From Candidatus Heimdallarchaeota archaeon (GTDB lineage: Archaea; Asgardarchaeota; Heimdallarchaeia; Heimdallarchaeales; Heimdallarchaeaceae): a DNA stretch of 48,387 nucleotides. The notes under the pieces were generated by a model that did no database searches, was not told the DNA's origin, and was given only the letters and a program-made list of their open reading frames with translations. Shown here one piece after another: positions 18,788 through 28,546 of this stretch. The DNA lies in assembly GCA_018238545.1 (NCBI GenBank), contig JABCTC010000026.1:1-48387 (forward strand). Reading direction: 5' to 3'. How positions within the stretch are numbered: the first letter of the stretch is position 1; the number at the start of each line of letters is the position of its first letter. A program made the position numbers and the translations under genes.

Positions 18788-19852
18788 ATGGACCCTCGAG
18801 TAGAAAAACATGCAAAGATAATCACTGAATGGAGCACTAGCATCAAACCCGGTGACATGGTGGTTATCAATTCAAGCCCAGAAGGCCATGAGCTTGTAGT
18901 AGCACTACACAAGACAATCGCAAAAGCTGGTGGACGAGTGGTCACTCTGATGACGAGCGAGGAAGCTGCCCGAGCGTACTATGATGGAGCTGCGGACGAA
19001 ACACTCCAAATTGTTCCGGAGCATCTCAAAGCTCTAACTGAATCCTGTGATGTTTACATTGCAATACGTTCTCCTGTCAATACTAAGGCTCTAGCGAATG
19101 TAGATCCTAAGCGTATCATGATAAATTCAAAGACTCAGCAAGAGATTCAGGGTATTCGGTTAGGTAAACGCTGGTCTCTAACTGTTCACCCTTGTCAAAC
19201 TCTTGCTCAGCAGGCAAATATGGGTCTAGAGGAATATCGTGATTTTGTGTATGGTGCAACTCTGATTGATTGGGCGGAAGAGAGCAAGATGATGTATGTG
19301 ATGAAGGAACACCTAGAACGTCACAAAGACATCCGTTTCGTAGGTCCAGAAACTGATTTGATTGGTTCTACAGAAGGAAGGATCTGGATTGCTAGTGATG
19401 GTAAACACAACATGCCTTCGGGTGAAGTCTTTACTGCACCTGTGGAAGATACCGTTGAAGGTAAGATCTATTTTGATATCCCATTCATGCAACAAGGTAA
19501 AGTGATTGAAGGTGTACGACTCACTTTCGAGAAAGGCGAAGTTGTAGATTTCTCCGCTGAAAAGGAAGAAGCGACGCTTAAGCAGATCATCGAAATTGAT
19601 GAGGGTTCACGACGTTTAGGCGAAATGGCAATCGGTACCAATCGAGGTATCAAGCAGTATACGCTAAACATGTTATTCGATGAGAAGATTGGTGATACCA
19701 TTCACTGTGCTTTGGGCAGAGCTTACAAAGATAACAATGGAACCAATGAATCTGCGGTTCACGTGGACATGATTAAGACCATGCACGAAGGTGAGATCTT
19801 CGCTGGCGATGAGCTAATCTATAGTAAGGGTAAATACTTCTACGAGATGTAG
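18788..19852 (+). CDS. Aminopeptidase, peptidase M29 (AmpS/AmpT) family
   Basis: NMPSGEVFTAP, GSRRLGEMAIG, LFDEKIGDTIHCALG, SAVHVDMI. Confidence 0.93.
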   Translation: MDPRVEKHAKIITEWSTSIKPGDMVVINSSPEGHELVVALHKTIAKAGGRVVTLMTSEEAARAYYDGAADETLQIVPEHLKALTESCDVYIAIRSPVNTKALANVDPKRIMINSKTQQEIQGIRLGKRWSLTVHPCQTLAQQANMGLEEYRDFVYGATLIDWAEESKMMYVMKEHLERHKDIRFVGPETDLIGSTEGRIWIASDGKHNMPSGEVFTAPVEDTVEGKIYFDIPFMQQGKVIEGVRLTFEKGEVVDFSAEKEEATLKQIIEIDEGSRRLGEMAIGTNRGIKQYTLNMLFDEKIGDTIHCALGRAYKDNNGTNESAVHVDMIKTMHEGEIFAGDELIYSKGKYFYEM

Positions 19853-19984
19853 ACAACGGAAAACCGTGCTCTGGAAATCTGTGACATTCTAACAAGTAGA
19901 ATTAGGAGAGGCTTATTCAAAGAAAGAAAGACTTTTCCTTTTCCCCCCATTTCATAAAATTCATAGCTTGCAGTGGGGTTGTAG

Positions 19985-22024
19985 ATGCGAGAGTATCGTA
20001 GTTGCGTAATAGTGTGTTTTGCAATATTCTTACTAATTGCCCAGATAGGTGTAGTCACGGATGTAATCACCAATGAACCTGGGATCAATATTGAGTCATC
20101 ACCATCAAGTGTGACGATTACAAATTACATTGAAGATCCCTACTTCACAACAGAGCCGGAAACAATAGTGAATGGTACCTCTGGTGAATTTTCATCCAGT
20201 CATCATCAAGCTGTTGATGAGAACGATTTCAACTATATGGAACTCACTTGGGACCATGTTGCAAATACATCTCTGGACTTTAGAATTGGAGAAGATGAAA
20301 ATCTACCTGATTGTTTTGATTTCATTTATTTTTATCAGGACTTTGACTGGCCGTTCAATGAAAAGCCTATAGACGCAGATCTCCAATTTAATTTCAGCAC
20401 AACTCTTACCGGATCTTTTGCTACCGAGGAATATGGAAACCTTATGTTTAGAATCTACGCATGGACAATTGATTCATCAGGAAACTGGCAACAAGTACTG
20501 AAAACATATCCACCCTACCCTGATATCTATCAAGAACGAAGAGCGGCGTTCAACTACTTTGACTTAGTAGAAACTTGGGAAGGAATGATAGAAAATTCCA
20601 CTACCGGTATCCAAGAAGACCCTGAGGATATTGTTCAAGTTGCTATAGGCTTAGCACCTACACATAAGTTTGAAACTTTTAGTACCTATGAAGACGATCC
20701 TTGGGAGTTCTATGAGGGGTCGGTTAGTATCAAAATAAAAAGCATGGATCTCTGGGTTTACATGGATGAAGACCCCGACCCTTCACAAGTTCTTTCTCCA
20801 ATCTACAACAGTACTTGGGATTATACAGTTAGAGAAGTTTTCCCAGACATTCCCAAAGAATTTGAAAACTCCTCACGTGTAGAATTTAGTGAGATTACCA
20901 CGGATACAAACGATTTTGTCTATGTACTATGTAATGTCTATGCAAGCTATATACTCTATGTGAACCAAAGCAAAACTTTCACGTATCAGTTTATTCAGAA
21001 ATACAATGCAAAGTTGGAGTTGCTCTGGTCTGTTCGCAATGATAATAGAACTGTTGCTTATGGATTAACTATCCATGATGGGTATATCTATACTACAGGA
21101 TTCATTCGAACAGACGACGAAACAAATAGTAGGAATCTAATTGTTACCAAGTGGTCACCAAACGGAGAAAGATTGTGGCAAACTGAGTGGGGTGGAATGT
21201 ATGATGAAGAAGGAACTGGAATCGCTGTTTCTTCTGATGGAAGTATCTATGTTTGGGCAGTTTACTGGAATTTACGATTTGAACCAGAGTTCTGGAAATC
21301 CTCTTTCCTCAAGTTTGACTCGTCTGGAACATTGTTGTGGAATAAGACAAATGAACTTCCATTAATGCCAAGGGGTGCTGAGTTAGAAATGCAAACTGAT
21401 GGAATGTATAGTTGGGGAGGCTTTGTAGAGAAACGTAATTTCAATTGTGAGCCTGTTTGGAATATTAGTCAATCCGCGCTTGCGGTCAATTTTGATAATA
21501 GTGGAAATATCTACATTGCCAGCTATGGTTATGGTGCAGGAGCACACTCAGAGGAATGGCAGATTATGATTAGCAAATGGAATTCCAACGGAGTTGAATT
21601 ATGGCAGACAAATTACACGATTCCTCTGCCAGATGGGCGTTCTTGGATTTTCCAGTGTAGATCAATTGATGTAGCACCGGACGGAAGCGTGTTAGCAATT
21701 CTGCATGGTTGGCAACTCATTTACGACTACCATATGGTAAAATTCGATTCGGATGGGAATCATCTCTGGGACAAGATAATCGGCGATGATCATTGGCCAA
21801 TGTCTGGACAACTAGAACCGAAACTAAGCATTAGTGATAATGGACTGGCATATATTGGTTTCAATCGTTTAGGAAACTATGGTGTAGAGGTTGCAGTTTC
21901 CGCATTTATAATAGGACCAAACACTTTGGATTCAGAATTTCCAACAACCATGATAATTGGAGGAATCTCAGTAGCTGCTGTTGCTGTTGTTGCAGCTGTA
22001 ATCTACATTCGAAAATATAGATGA
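19985..22024 (+). CDS. Secreted, C-terminally anchored beta-propeller surface protein (paralog C)
   Basis: Same motifs (NGTSGEF, IDSSGNW, QEDPED, IGLAPT, TKWSPNG); C-terminal TM plus RKYR. Confidence 0.8.
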   Translation: MREYRSCVIVCFAIFLLIAQIGVVTDVITNEPGINIESSPSSVTITNYIEDPYFTTEPETIVNGTSGEFSSSHHQAVDENDFNYMELTWDHVANTSLDFRIGEDENLPDCFDFIYFYQDFDWPFNEKPIDADLQFNFSTTLTGSFATEEYGNLMFRIYAWTIDSSGNWQQVLKTYPPYPDIYQERRAAFNYFDLVETWEGMIENSTTGIQEDPEDIVQVAIGLAPTHKFETFSTYEDDPWEFYEGSVSIKIKSMDLWVYMDEDPDPSQVLSPIYNSTWDYTVREVFPDIPKEFENSSRVEFSEITTDTNDFVYVLCNVYASYILYVNQSKTFTYQFIQKYNAKLELLWSVRNDNRTVAYGLTIHDGYIYTTGFIRTDDETNSRNLIVTKWSPNGERLWQTEWGGMYDEEGTGIAVSSDGSIYVWAVYWNLRFEPEFWKSSFLKFDSSGTLLWNKTNELPLMPRGAELEMQTDGMYSWGGFVEKRNFNCEPVWNISQSALAVNFDNSGNIYIASYGYGAGAHSEEWQIMISKWNSNGVELWQTNYTIPLPDGRSWIFQCRSIDVAPDGSVLAILHGWQLIYDYHMVKFDSDGNHLWDKIIGDDHWPMSGQLEPKLSISDNGLAYIGFNRLGNYGVEVAVSAFIIGPNTLDSEFPTTMIIGGISVAAVAVVAAVIYIRKYR

Positions 22025-22031
22025 AAAGGGT

Positions 22032-22058
22032 GGAGTGATGGTGGCTGGCCATCACTCC
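22032..22058. terminator. Perfect 10-bp stem-loop
   Basis: GGAGTGATGG-N7-CCATCACTCC, 7 nt after the paralog C stop; short T-run follows on the minus strand. Confidence 0.55.
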
Positions 22059-22253
22059 GATGTGGTTCTAACAACAGACCCTAGCTAATCCAGTAGAGTC
22101 TCCGAGCTTAATTCAATACTGAGTTCAGCTTCTTGGGCTGGAGATTTCTCAGAATTGTTATCTGTTTCGTCCATCTCGACATCTGGTTTCTCAAGAAGCC
22201 AATAGGACATTTAATAGGGTGAAATTCATAGGATATTATGGGGCAAATGGGGC

Positions 22254-23474
22254 ATGAGTTCAAGTCTTAGGTATATTCAGAAATATGGTACAAAATCAAG
22301 CATGACTCTTTCCAAAGGTACTGTAACAGTTTCTCTGATAGGAAAGAACATTGTCGAGATTAATCTTGAACCACTTAGAAAATGCAAAAATCTGTATAAA
22401 CTGGATCTCCACAATAATTTGCTATCGTCATTGGACCTTTCACCGCTAGAGTCGCTAGAAAAGTTTGAAATTCTGTATCTATGGAAGAATCCTCTTGGCG
22501 ATGTCGATCTATCAGTGCTCAAAACATTGCACAACTTGAAAGAATTAGGCCTATCATCTTCGAAATTGGAAAAGATTAATCTCACTCCCCTTAAAGGATG
22601 CAAGAGCTTACGGACAATCGGTTTTTGGTCAAACAAAATTCAAACCTTAGATCTTAGACCATTTAGTGCTTGTACATCATTAACAGGCATTTGGTTCAGT
22701 CAGAACCCAATAAGCTCTGTAGATATTTCACCTCTTATTGCAAGTCCAAAATTACGAAAGATAGGAACGCCCGCTAGAGCTCAAGTGACAACTATTTTTG
22801 GAAGGGAATTTCTTGAACTCGTAAATTTGAAGGTTGGATCAAATGCTAGGCACTTTGATCAAGGTATCTCTGAATCAGATTTCAAGTATCTTCGTTCTAT
22901 TCTTCAGGAATACGAAAAGTCTCGACATCCATGGAAGGCATTTGCGTTGGCGCAAGAGGTACTCAGACTACTAGGGTTCAGTTGGGTTGGTATGCTGACG
23001 AACTCCATCAAGGTTGTCAAGAAAATATTGGTTGGAAAGGTTTCTGCAAAAAATTGGATAGTAGACGCTCTCTGCGTACAAATCGATAACAACGAATCAA
23101 CAATCGGTTTGAAAATTGAAGGAATGATGGATTCAGGTGATCTCGTTGCAAGAATGCCAAGAGTGCTTGAATTAAGACAGGAAGAAATCGAACGTGTTTC
23201 AGTTGGTAAGGCGATCAAATATGTGAATCTTAAACCACTCTGGCTTACAGCATATGGAAATTCTGTTTTGACTGCAATACAGAAATTTGGGGTTAGGTGC
23301 ACACCAGAAGAACTTGAAACAGTAGAACGCATGCTGAAGCAAATTGAAATCGATATTGACATTAAACGTTCAATAGAAATTGAATTGCCCAGAAAGATAC
23401 CTGAACTAATGAGAGAATACATTTTCAAATTGAGTGTCTATAACAAAAAGAGAAGAGGACACCTCAGAAATTGA
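22254..23474 (+). CDS. Leucine-rich repeat protein
   Basis: Six or so 22-aa LxxLxLxxNxLxxxDLxPL repeats, then a helical C-terminal region with LKPLWLTAYG. Confidence 0.88.
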   Translation: MSSSLRYIQKYGTKSSMTLSKGTVTVSLIGKNIVEINLEPLRKCKNLYKLDLHNNLLSSLDLSPLESLEKFEILYLWKNPLGDVDLSVLKTLHNLKELGLSSSKLEKINLTPLKGCKSLRTIGFWSNKIQTLDLRPFSACTSLTGIWFSQNPISSVDISPLIASPKLRKIGTPARAQVTTIFGREFLELVNLKVGSNARHFDQGISESDFKYLRSILQEYEKSRHPWKAFALAQEVLRLLGFSWVGMLTNSIKVVKKILVGKVSAKNWIVDALCVQIDNNESTIGLKIEGMMDSGDLVARMPRVLELRQEEIERVSVGKAIKYVNLKPLWLTAYGNSVLTAIQKFGVRCTPEELETVERMLKQIEIDIDIKRSIEIELPRKIPELMREYIFKLSVYNKKRRGHLRN

Positions 23475-23498
23475 TAACCATTCAAGGGCAAAGGTGAT

Positions 23499-23556
23499 TG
23501 TTTAGTATCTAAACACTCTCTAAATTCATTGATTGTGTTTAGTACCTATACACAAT
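23499..23556. promoter_or_regulatory. Two palindromic operator boxes (TGTTTAG-N3-CTAAACA type)
   Basis: Perfect copy at 23499-23515; imperfect ATTGTGTTTAG-TAC-CTATACACAAT at 23532-23556. Confidence 0.7.
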
Positions 23557-23592
23557 TATATATTATGCACAATATGGAACAAAAACTAATGC

Positions 23593-24036
23593 TTATTGTT
23601 TAGCCATGATTGAAATCATCTTATCTAGAAATTCAGACACTACCTGTTTATCCTTTTCAGAAAGGGTCTTGATGTATCGAAGATATTTTCGCTCAAGAGA
23701 TTTCTTACTCTTATTGAGAACTGCCATCAATAGATCTCCCTTCTCAGTGAACTGGATACTTAATTCATTCTTCTTCTCGGGATACATTTCTTTGCTGATG
23801 AGTCCTTTTTTCTTTAGCCGTTTAAGAGTCTGAGATATAGCCCCTTTAGTGAGACCCATCTTAGCAGCGATAGCGATTACATTGGTGTTCTGAACATGGA
23901 ATAGATGCATCAATAGTAGTATTTCAGAGGGATGCAGTTTCTCTCCTTCATGAGTGACGACCCTCTTTTTGTCTAAGGAGTTAAGTATGGCGATACTATC
24001 GAGTATCCTGCCCATTAATTTTCTATCCTGAGACAT
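23593..24036 (-). CDS. MarR-family transcriptional regulator
   Basis: IAAKMGLTKGAISQTLKRLKKKGLI...IQFTEKG winged HTH, 147 aa. Confidence 0.9.
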   Translation of the reverse strand: MSQDRKLMGRILDSIAILNSLDKKRVVTHEGEKLHPSEILLLMHLFHVQNTNVIAIAAKMGLTKGAISQTLKRLKKKGLISKEMYPEKKNELSIQFTEKGDLLMAVLNKSKKSLERKYLRYIKTLSEKDKQVVSEFLDKMISIMAKQ

Positions 24037-24037
24037 A

Positions 24038-24058
24038 AGTGTTTAGTAACTTAACACT
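24038..24058. promoter_or_regulatory. Third operator box abutting the MarR start codon
   Basis: AGTGTTTAG-TAA-CTTAACACT, 1 nt from the ATG; suggests autoregulation. Confidence 0.7.
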
Positions 24059-24178
24059 ACAAAAAGCTTGGCATCACTGACTTCATGAAATCAATAAGAA
24101 ATAGTCAGGAGAGGACATCTTAAGTCAGACTAGAATTTAAATACGTTCAATTCGGATTGTGCTCAAGGAGAGCATGAA

Positions 24179-24631
24179 ATGAGCTACAAATATAAAAAGA
24201 CAGACGCTTGTGCTTTGATTCTAACGATAGCAATGGCTGCTTTTGGTTTCCTAATGACTAATTTTATCCAAAGTACAATACCAGATTATCCTAGTGGATT
24301 CGCACCTACTCAGATTATCATATGGATGCCGATGATAATGAGTGCGATCCCTCTGATAGTGTGTATCGGTTTAATGATAAGAGCAAAGACAAAGAAACAG
24401 CCGGAAGGTCCAGAAGTTCATAGATATCGTGACGAAACAATCGTCTATACTGGGGATTACGAGCTTCATAAAGACCCCACTTCACAAGATCAAGAAAAGG
24501 TCTATTTGATTCCTACAAATTGTCCGTCCTGCAATTCTCCCCTGAGCACTGAGGGAATTGATTGGGTTGGTCCCCTGCAAGCGAAATGTCCGCATTGTGG
24601 AGCGACAGTTGATGCAGAAGAGCGTAAATGA
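24179..24631 (+). CDS. 2-TM membrane protein with C-terminal zinc ribbon
   Basis: CPSC...DWVGP...CPHC; paralog of 13937..14347. Confidence 0.8.
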   Translation: MSYKYKKTDACALILTIAMAAFGFLMTNFIQSTIPDYPSGFAPTQIIIWMPMIMSAIPLIVCIGLMIRAKTKKQPEGPEVHRYRDETIVYTGDYELHKDPTSQDQEKVYLIPTNCPSCNSPLSTEGIDWVGPLQAKCPHCGATVDAEERK

Positions 24632-24659
24632 TATCTCTCAATTTCATGGAATTACTTAA

Positions 24660-25430
24660 TTGGATAGTACAGTACTACCACGTGAAGTGTTTATTTTGTC
24701 GGAGAGAATGAGCGAACTTGAACGGATACTTCTTGAAGTGAAAGAAAGTGCTGAAGTTTCCAAAGACACACGCAGGAACTTTTGGAAACTTGTCCGTCAA
24801 ATAAAACGTGCGAACGACCCAGATATATCCGAGATCAAAACAGCAACCAAAATCCGAAACGTACTATTCGATATGGATAGAGGGAAAACATATGCAATTG
24901 GTCCGTTCGTGGCAGCAGAAACCGTACTTGGAATACTATCATTTGTTTTGTATTTGCACGGATTGAATACTCCTGTTTCCTGGCTCAATTTTCTCTCATG
25001 GGGTTTTCCAGAGATCATTGCTGTGTTTCTTAGATTCATTGGTATCTTTCTAATGATTGCATTTTTCTACCCATATGGCCGATTAATTGCAGGCACGGTA
25101 TTAGGAATAAAACTTGAAGCGATGGGCTTCAGCAAGTACAAAGAACCTGCTCTGAAAATTGATTATGAAACATTTCTCCTTGCCACACCCTCACGACGAA
25201 AATGGTTCTTCTTCTTTGCAGGATTATGGACCATGATTACAGCTGTTGGAACGGGTTTAATTGGCTGGTTTATTGCAGGCGATATTCTTGGTTTCATCCT
25301 GGGAGCTTTATTTATCGGTTTCTACGGATATGTTATTGGGACTGGAGTAACATACCCCAATCGTGGAGAGATGTCTCAATATAATCGTGAGAAGAAAATT
25401 GAGAAAGCTTGGAAAAAGAAATTGGGTTGA
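24660..25430 (+). CDS. Hypothetical multi-pass membrane protein
   Basis: Helical N-domain plus about four hydrophobic segments; true start may be the internal MSELE. Confidence 0.65.
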   Translation: MDSTVLPREVFILSERMSELERILLEVKESAEVSKDTRRNFWKLVRQIKRANDPDISEIKTATKIRNVLFDMDRGKTYAIGPFVAAETVLGILSFVLYLHGLNTPVSWLNFLSWGFPEIIAVFLRFIGIFLMIAFFYPYGRLIAGTVLGIKLEAMGFSKYKEPALKIDYETFLLATPSRRKWFFFFAGLWTMITAVGTGLIGWFIAGDILGFILGALFIGFYGYVIGTGVTYPNRGEMSQYNREKKIEKAWKKKLG

Positions 25431-25565
25431 AATGGTTAATTAGAATTTAGAAAACAAGTGCGCGGAGAACGAGATCCGCAATTTAGGCGCGAAATCAAGA
25501 AAAAATCTACTGTATCATTGAATAACTTCAATAAGACCTTAGAAGTCATTCATATCGATTTCCAA

Positions 25566-26468
25566 ATGCAGATTTCTCCTGAACTTCTCTTGGGTAGCGC
25601 GATTGGTTTATTCACTGCACTTCTCTGGGCTGTGTCAACAAACGTCTACAAAACTCAGAGTAAGGAAGCTACACCTTTAGCAATTTCCGCTCTGAAAATG
25701 TGGGCAGCTATGGTATTCATGTCATTCATTGTCATGCTACCGTTTAGAACAGCACCATTCTATGTTCCAATCGAGTCACTTGTCTTTCTCATTGCATCTG
25801 TCAGCATAGGTCTTGTAATAGGAGATTTGTCATATCTAACAAGCCAAGAACGCATTGGGGTTTCCTATGCCTTTCCAATAGCTAACATCTTTCCAATTTC
25901 CACTTATCTTATCGCAATCTTCCTCGTTAATGAACCCATCATTATCAGTCGCTTTTTTGGAATAGTAATTGCAGTGATTGGAGTGGCAATAATATCAAGA
26001 GAACAAATTACCAATAATGAAAAACCTGAGATGCGTAAAGCCGACTTTCTAGGTATAGGTTTGGCAGTTCTGGCCGCAATCTGTTGGTCTCTAGGGAGTG
26101 TGTTTCTTCAGATAGGTGTACAAGATATAGATCCTATCGATGCTACTTTCGTAAGGATGATATTCGGAGGAGCCATTTTTGTACCTCTATGTCTGACAGC
26201 GGTCAAACGTGGAATGCCAATGCCAACAAGGAGAGCAGCAAAGATTGTCATGGCAGCAGGATTTCTAGGAATGACTCTGGGCACTCTTCTTTACACCTAT
26301 ACTGTCAAATTGATTGGTGCATCAATTGCCTCACTTCTTGGTTCCACATCTCCACTCTTTGCAGTCCCAATTTCGATAATATTCCTCAAAGAATCATTCA
26401 GTCGACGATCAATCGGAGGTGTCCTTCTCACGGTTGTGGGAGTCATTCTAGTAATTGTAGCAATCTAA
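25566..26468 (+). CDS. DMT/EamA-family transporter
   Basis: Two 5-TM EamA repeats; likely start at MQISP (track start 25458). Confidence 0.88.
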   Translation: MQISPELLLGSAIGLFTALLWAVSTNVYKTQSKEATPLAISALKMWAAMVFMSFIVMLPFRTAPFYVPIESLVFLIASVSIGLVIGDLSYLTSQERIGVSYAFPIANIFPISTYLIAIFLVNEPIIISRFFGIVIAVIGVAIISREQITNNEKPEMRKADFLGIGLAVLAAICWSLGSVFLQIGVQDIDPIDATFVRMIFGGAIFVPLCLTAVKRGMPMPTRRAAKIVMAAGFLGMTLGTLLYTYTVKLIGASIASLLGSTSPLFAVPISIIFLKESFSRRSIGGVLLTVVGVILVIVAI

Positions 26469-26470
26469 GG

Positions 26471-27532
26471 TCAGACCCAACCAATACGTCTGAAATAACT
26501 TAGAAGAACTAAACCCACAATGAACATGATAGCTAAGAAGACTGGATAACCGTAATAGAATTCTAGCTCAGGCATCCATTGCCAATTCATTCCGTAAATT
26601 GACGCCATAAGAGTAAGGGGTATGAAAATGACTGAGATAACAGTTAACACTTGCATAACTTCATTCATTTTGTTACTAACTCTCGATAGGTAGATGTCAA
26701 GCATTCCAGTTATTGATTCGCGATATGTTTCAACATGATCTGTAACACGAATGACATGATCATAGAGGTCTCTTAGGTAAACCAGAGTTTCATCACGTAC
26801 ATATTGAGGAGCATCTCTCTGTAATTTCAATACTACCTGCCTAAGAGGCCAAATATGACGTCTGAATGCAATTAGAGTTCTCTTGAGTTTGTAGATTTCA
26901 GTCAACATTTCAGCTGAACCTTCTTCAATAAGATCATCTTCCAATTCTTCAATTCTATCGCCAATGTATTCCAGAACAACGAAATACTTGTCCACTATGA
27001 GATCTAGCAAAGCATATTCTAGATAGTCAGAGTCTCCCTTACGAATATGACCACCAGGTCGACGTGCTCGAATACGAATCGCATCAAAGATATCATCTGA
27101 AGACTCTTGGAATGAGATGATGTATCCTTTTCCAAAAACAATTGAAACTTGCTCTGAATGAACATCGTTTCCAATGAGGTCATAGGCCCTCAGAACTGTG
27201 TATACACCTGTTGACATCGCGTCCAGCTTTGGTCTTTGACCGATACTAGGAATATCTTCAATCACAAGTGGATGAATTTTATAGAAATTGCAGATTTTCT
27301 CAACAATATCGACATCATGAACTCCCATAACATGAATCCACTTTGTTGCACCATCCTTCAATGAAGGACTGCAGTCTTCAATTGAGTCTGCGTCGTATTC
27401 TCGAATCTCACCTTCTGAGAACTCAATTATTTTTATTATAACATCCTCATGTCGTTTCTCGCCTGTATGAATGATTGTTCCAGGAGGTAGACCGACTTTG
27501 TCTCTTTTCTCATCTTGACTCATCAGGACCAC
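26471..27532 (-). CDS. corA: Magnesium/cobalt transporter CorA
   Basis: GLPPG N-terminus, HPLVIEDI, QRPK, MNEVMQVLT, YGMN, MPEL. Confidence 0.95.
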   Translation of the reverse strand: MVLMSQDEKRDKVGLPPGTIIHTGEKRHEDVIIKIIEFSEGEIREYDADSIEDCSPSLKDGATKWIHVMGVHDVDIVEKICNFYKIHPLVIEDIPSIGQRPKLDAMSTGVYTVLRAYDLIGNDVHSEQVSIVFGKGYIISFQESSDDIFDAIRIRARRPGGHIRKGDSDYLEYALLDLIVDKYFVVLEYIGDRIEELEDDLIEEGSAEMLTEIYKLKRTLIAFRRHIWPLRQVVLKLQRDAPQYVRDETLVYLRDLYDHVIRVTDHVETYRESITGMLDIYLSRVSNKMNEVMQVLTVISVIFIPLTLMASIYGMNWQWMPELEFYYGYPVFLAIMFIVGLVLLSYFRRIGWV

Positions 27533-27637
27533 AAATGTTTGAGTGTCTAGAATATATTAGAACGTGAGGATTACAATGAGGTCATATATTAGAAAGGACC
27601 CGAGTCTTCATTAAGTTATAACTAAACAATATTTAGC

Positions 27638-27904
27638 ATGTTAGATAATGTTGTTGGAGTCAAGACTTCGAATGTGGTGAGTGATTTCGAGGACTTCTGT
27701 CGTTTCAACATTCGTAGTGATATAGAAGCCTCAGTAGAAACCACAGTAAGACAAATCAGAACCCTCATTCAATGGTTTGAACTTCTACTTACAACACCCT
27801 CACCAGATGATATTCGTTCAGTCCTCACTAAATGTCTGACTCATAAACTCACTAAAGGGAAAAATCCGAAACTGAATCAAGACTTTTGGTTCCTAATAGA
27901 TTAG
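27638..27904 (+). pseudogene. Possible remnant of a tyrosine-recombinase N-terminal domain
   Basis: DFEDFCR...SVETTVRQIRTLIQWF...PDDIRSVL resembles integrase core-binding helices; no catalytic domain. Confidence 0.3.
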
Positions 27905-28033
27905 GTGGATAAATAATATGCTTAGTTCTTCAACTAGTGAATTCTAGTCATGCTTGCAATCTGATTCTTGTTACCAACATATTAAAGTCATTTTAAACTA
28001 ATAATCACGGCGGGAATTGAAGTGTGATAATCA

Positions 28034-28546
28034 ATGGCGTGGCTTAATCAAGAATTCAAGCAATATATTTTGATCTCGAACCATAGACGTGAAAATGGAA
28101 AAATCACCGATGAAAATGACCTAGTAATAATGACATTTGAAAGCACATGGCGAGGACTAATAACTAAATTTCAAAGTGGTAAAGAGGCGCACCTCAGAAC
28201 CTGTTTCTATTTCTCTCGATTGAGAGAAACTACAAAAGTTATAGATGAAAACAGGAACAAAATAGGTGAATTCCAACTTTCGTTTAGAGGAGAAATGACT
28301 TTTATCACACCCGATAAAAAACAGCTATTTTGTATCGAATATATACCAAGAGAGTACAGAATGTCCATATATGACCCTGAAATAAATAATGAGATAGCAT
28401 CTGTGAAATGGTACTTTTGGATTGATTCACCTGAGAAGAGCAAGGGGCCATCAAGATACGATATTTACGTATATGATGAAACATATCCTGTTATTCCATT
28501 GTTATCAGGCATCTGCTACATGTATAGAAGAATAAAGTATGGTTAA
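28034..28546 (+). CDS. Hypothetical protein, possibly LURP-one/Tubby-C-like
   Basis: Repeated (V/I)xD-x-N-x-x-I(G/A) beta-hairpins and a terminal hydrophobic helix. Confidence 0.5.
   Translation: MAWLNQEFKQYILISNHRRENGKITDENDLVIMTFESTWRGLITKFQSGKEAHLRTCFYFSRLRETTKVIDENRNKIGEFQLSFRGEMTFITPDKKQLFCIEYIPREYRMSIYDPEINNEIASVKWYFWIDSPEKSKGPSRYDIYVYDETYPVIPLLSGICYMYRRIKYG

Noticed and set aside
22052-22087. Pyrrolysine readthrough of the small ORF's TAG
   Set aside because: Only ten more codons follow, with no pyl genes or supporting homology in the window.
22904-23428. 174-aa minus ORF as the MarR target
   Set aside because: Ser/Ile-rich antisense shadow of the LRR gene with no recognisable motif.
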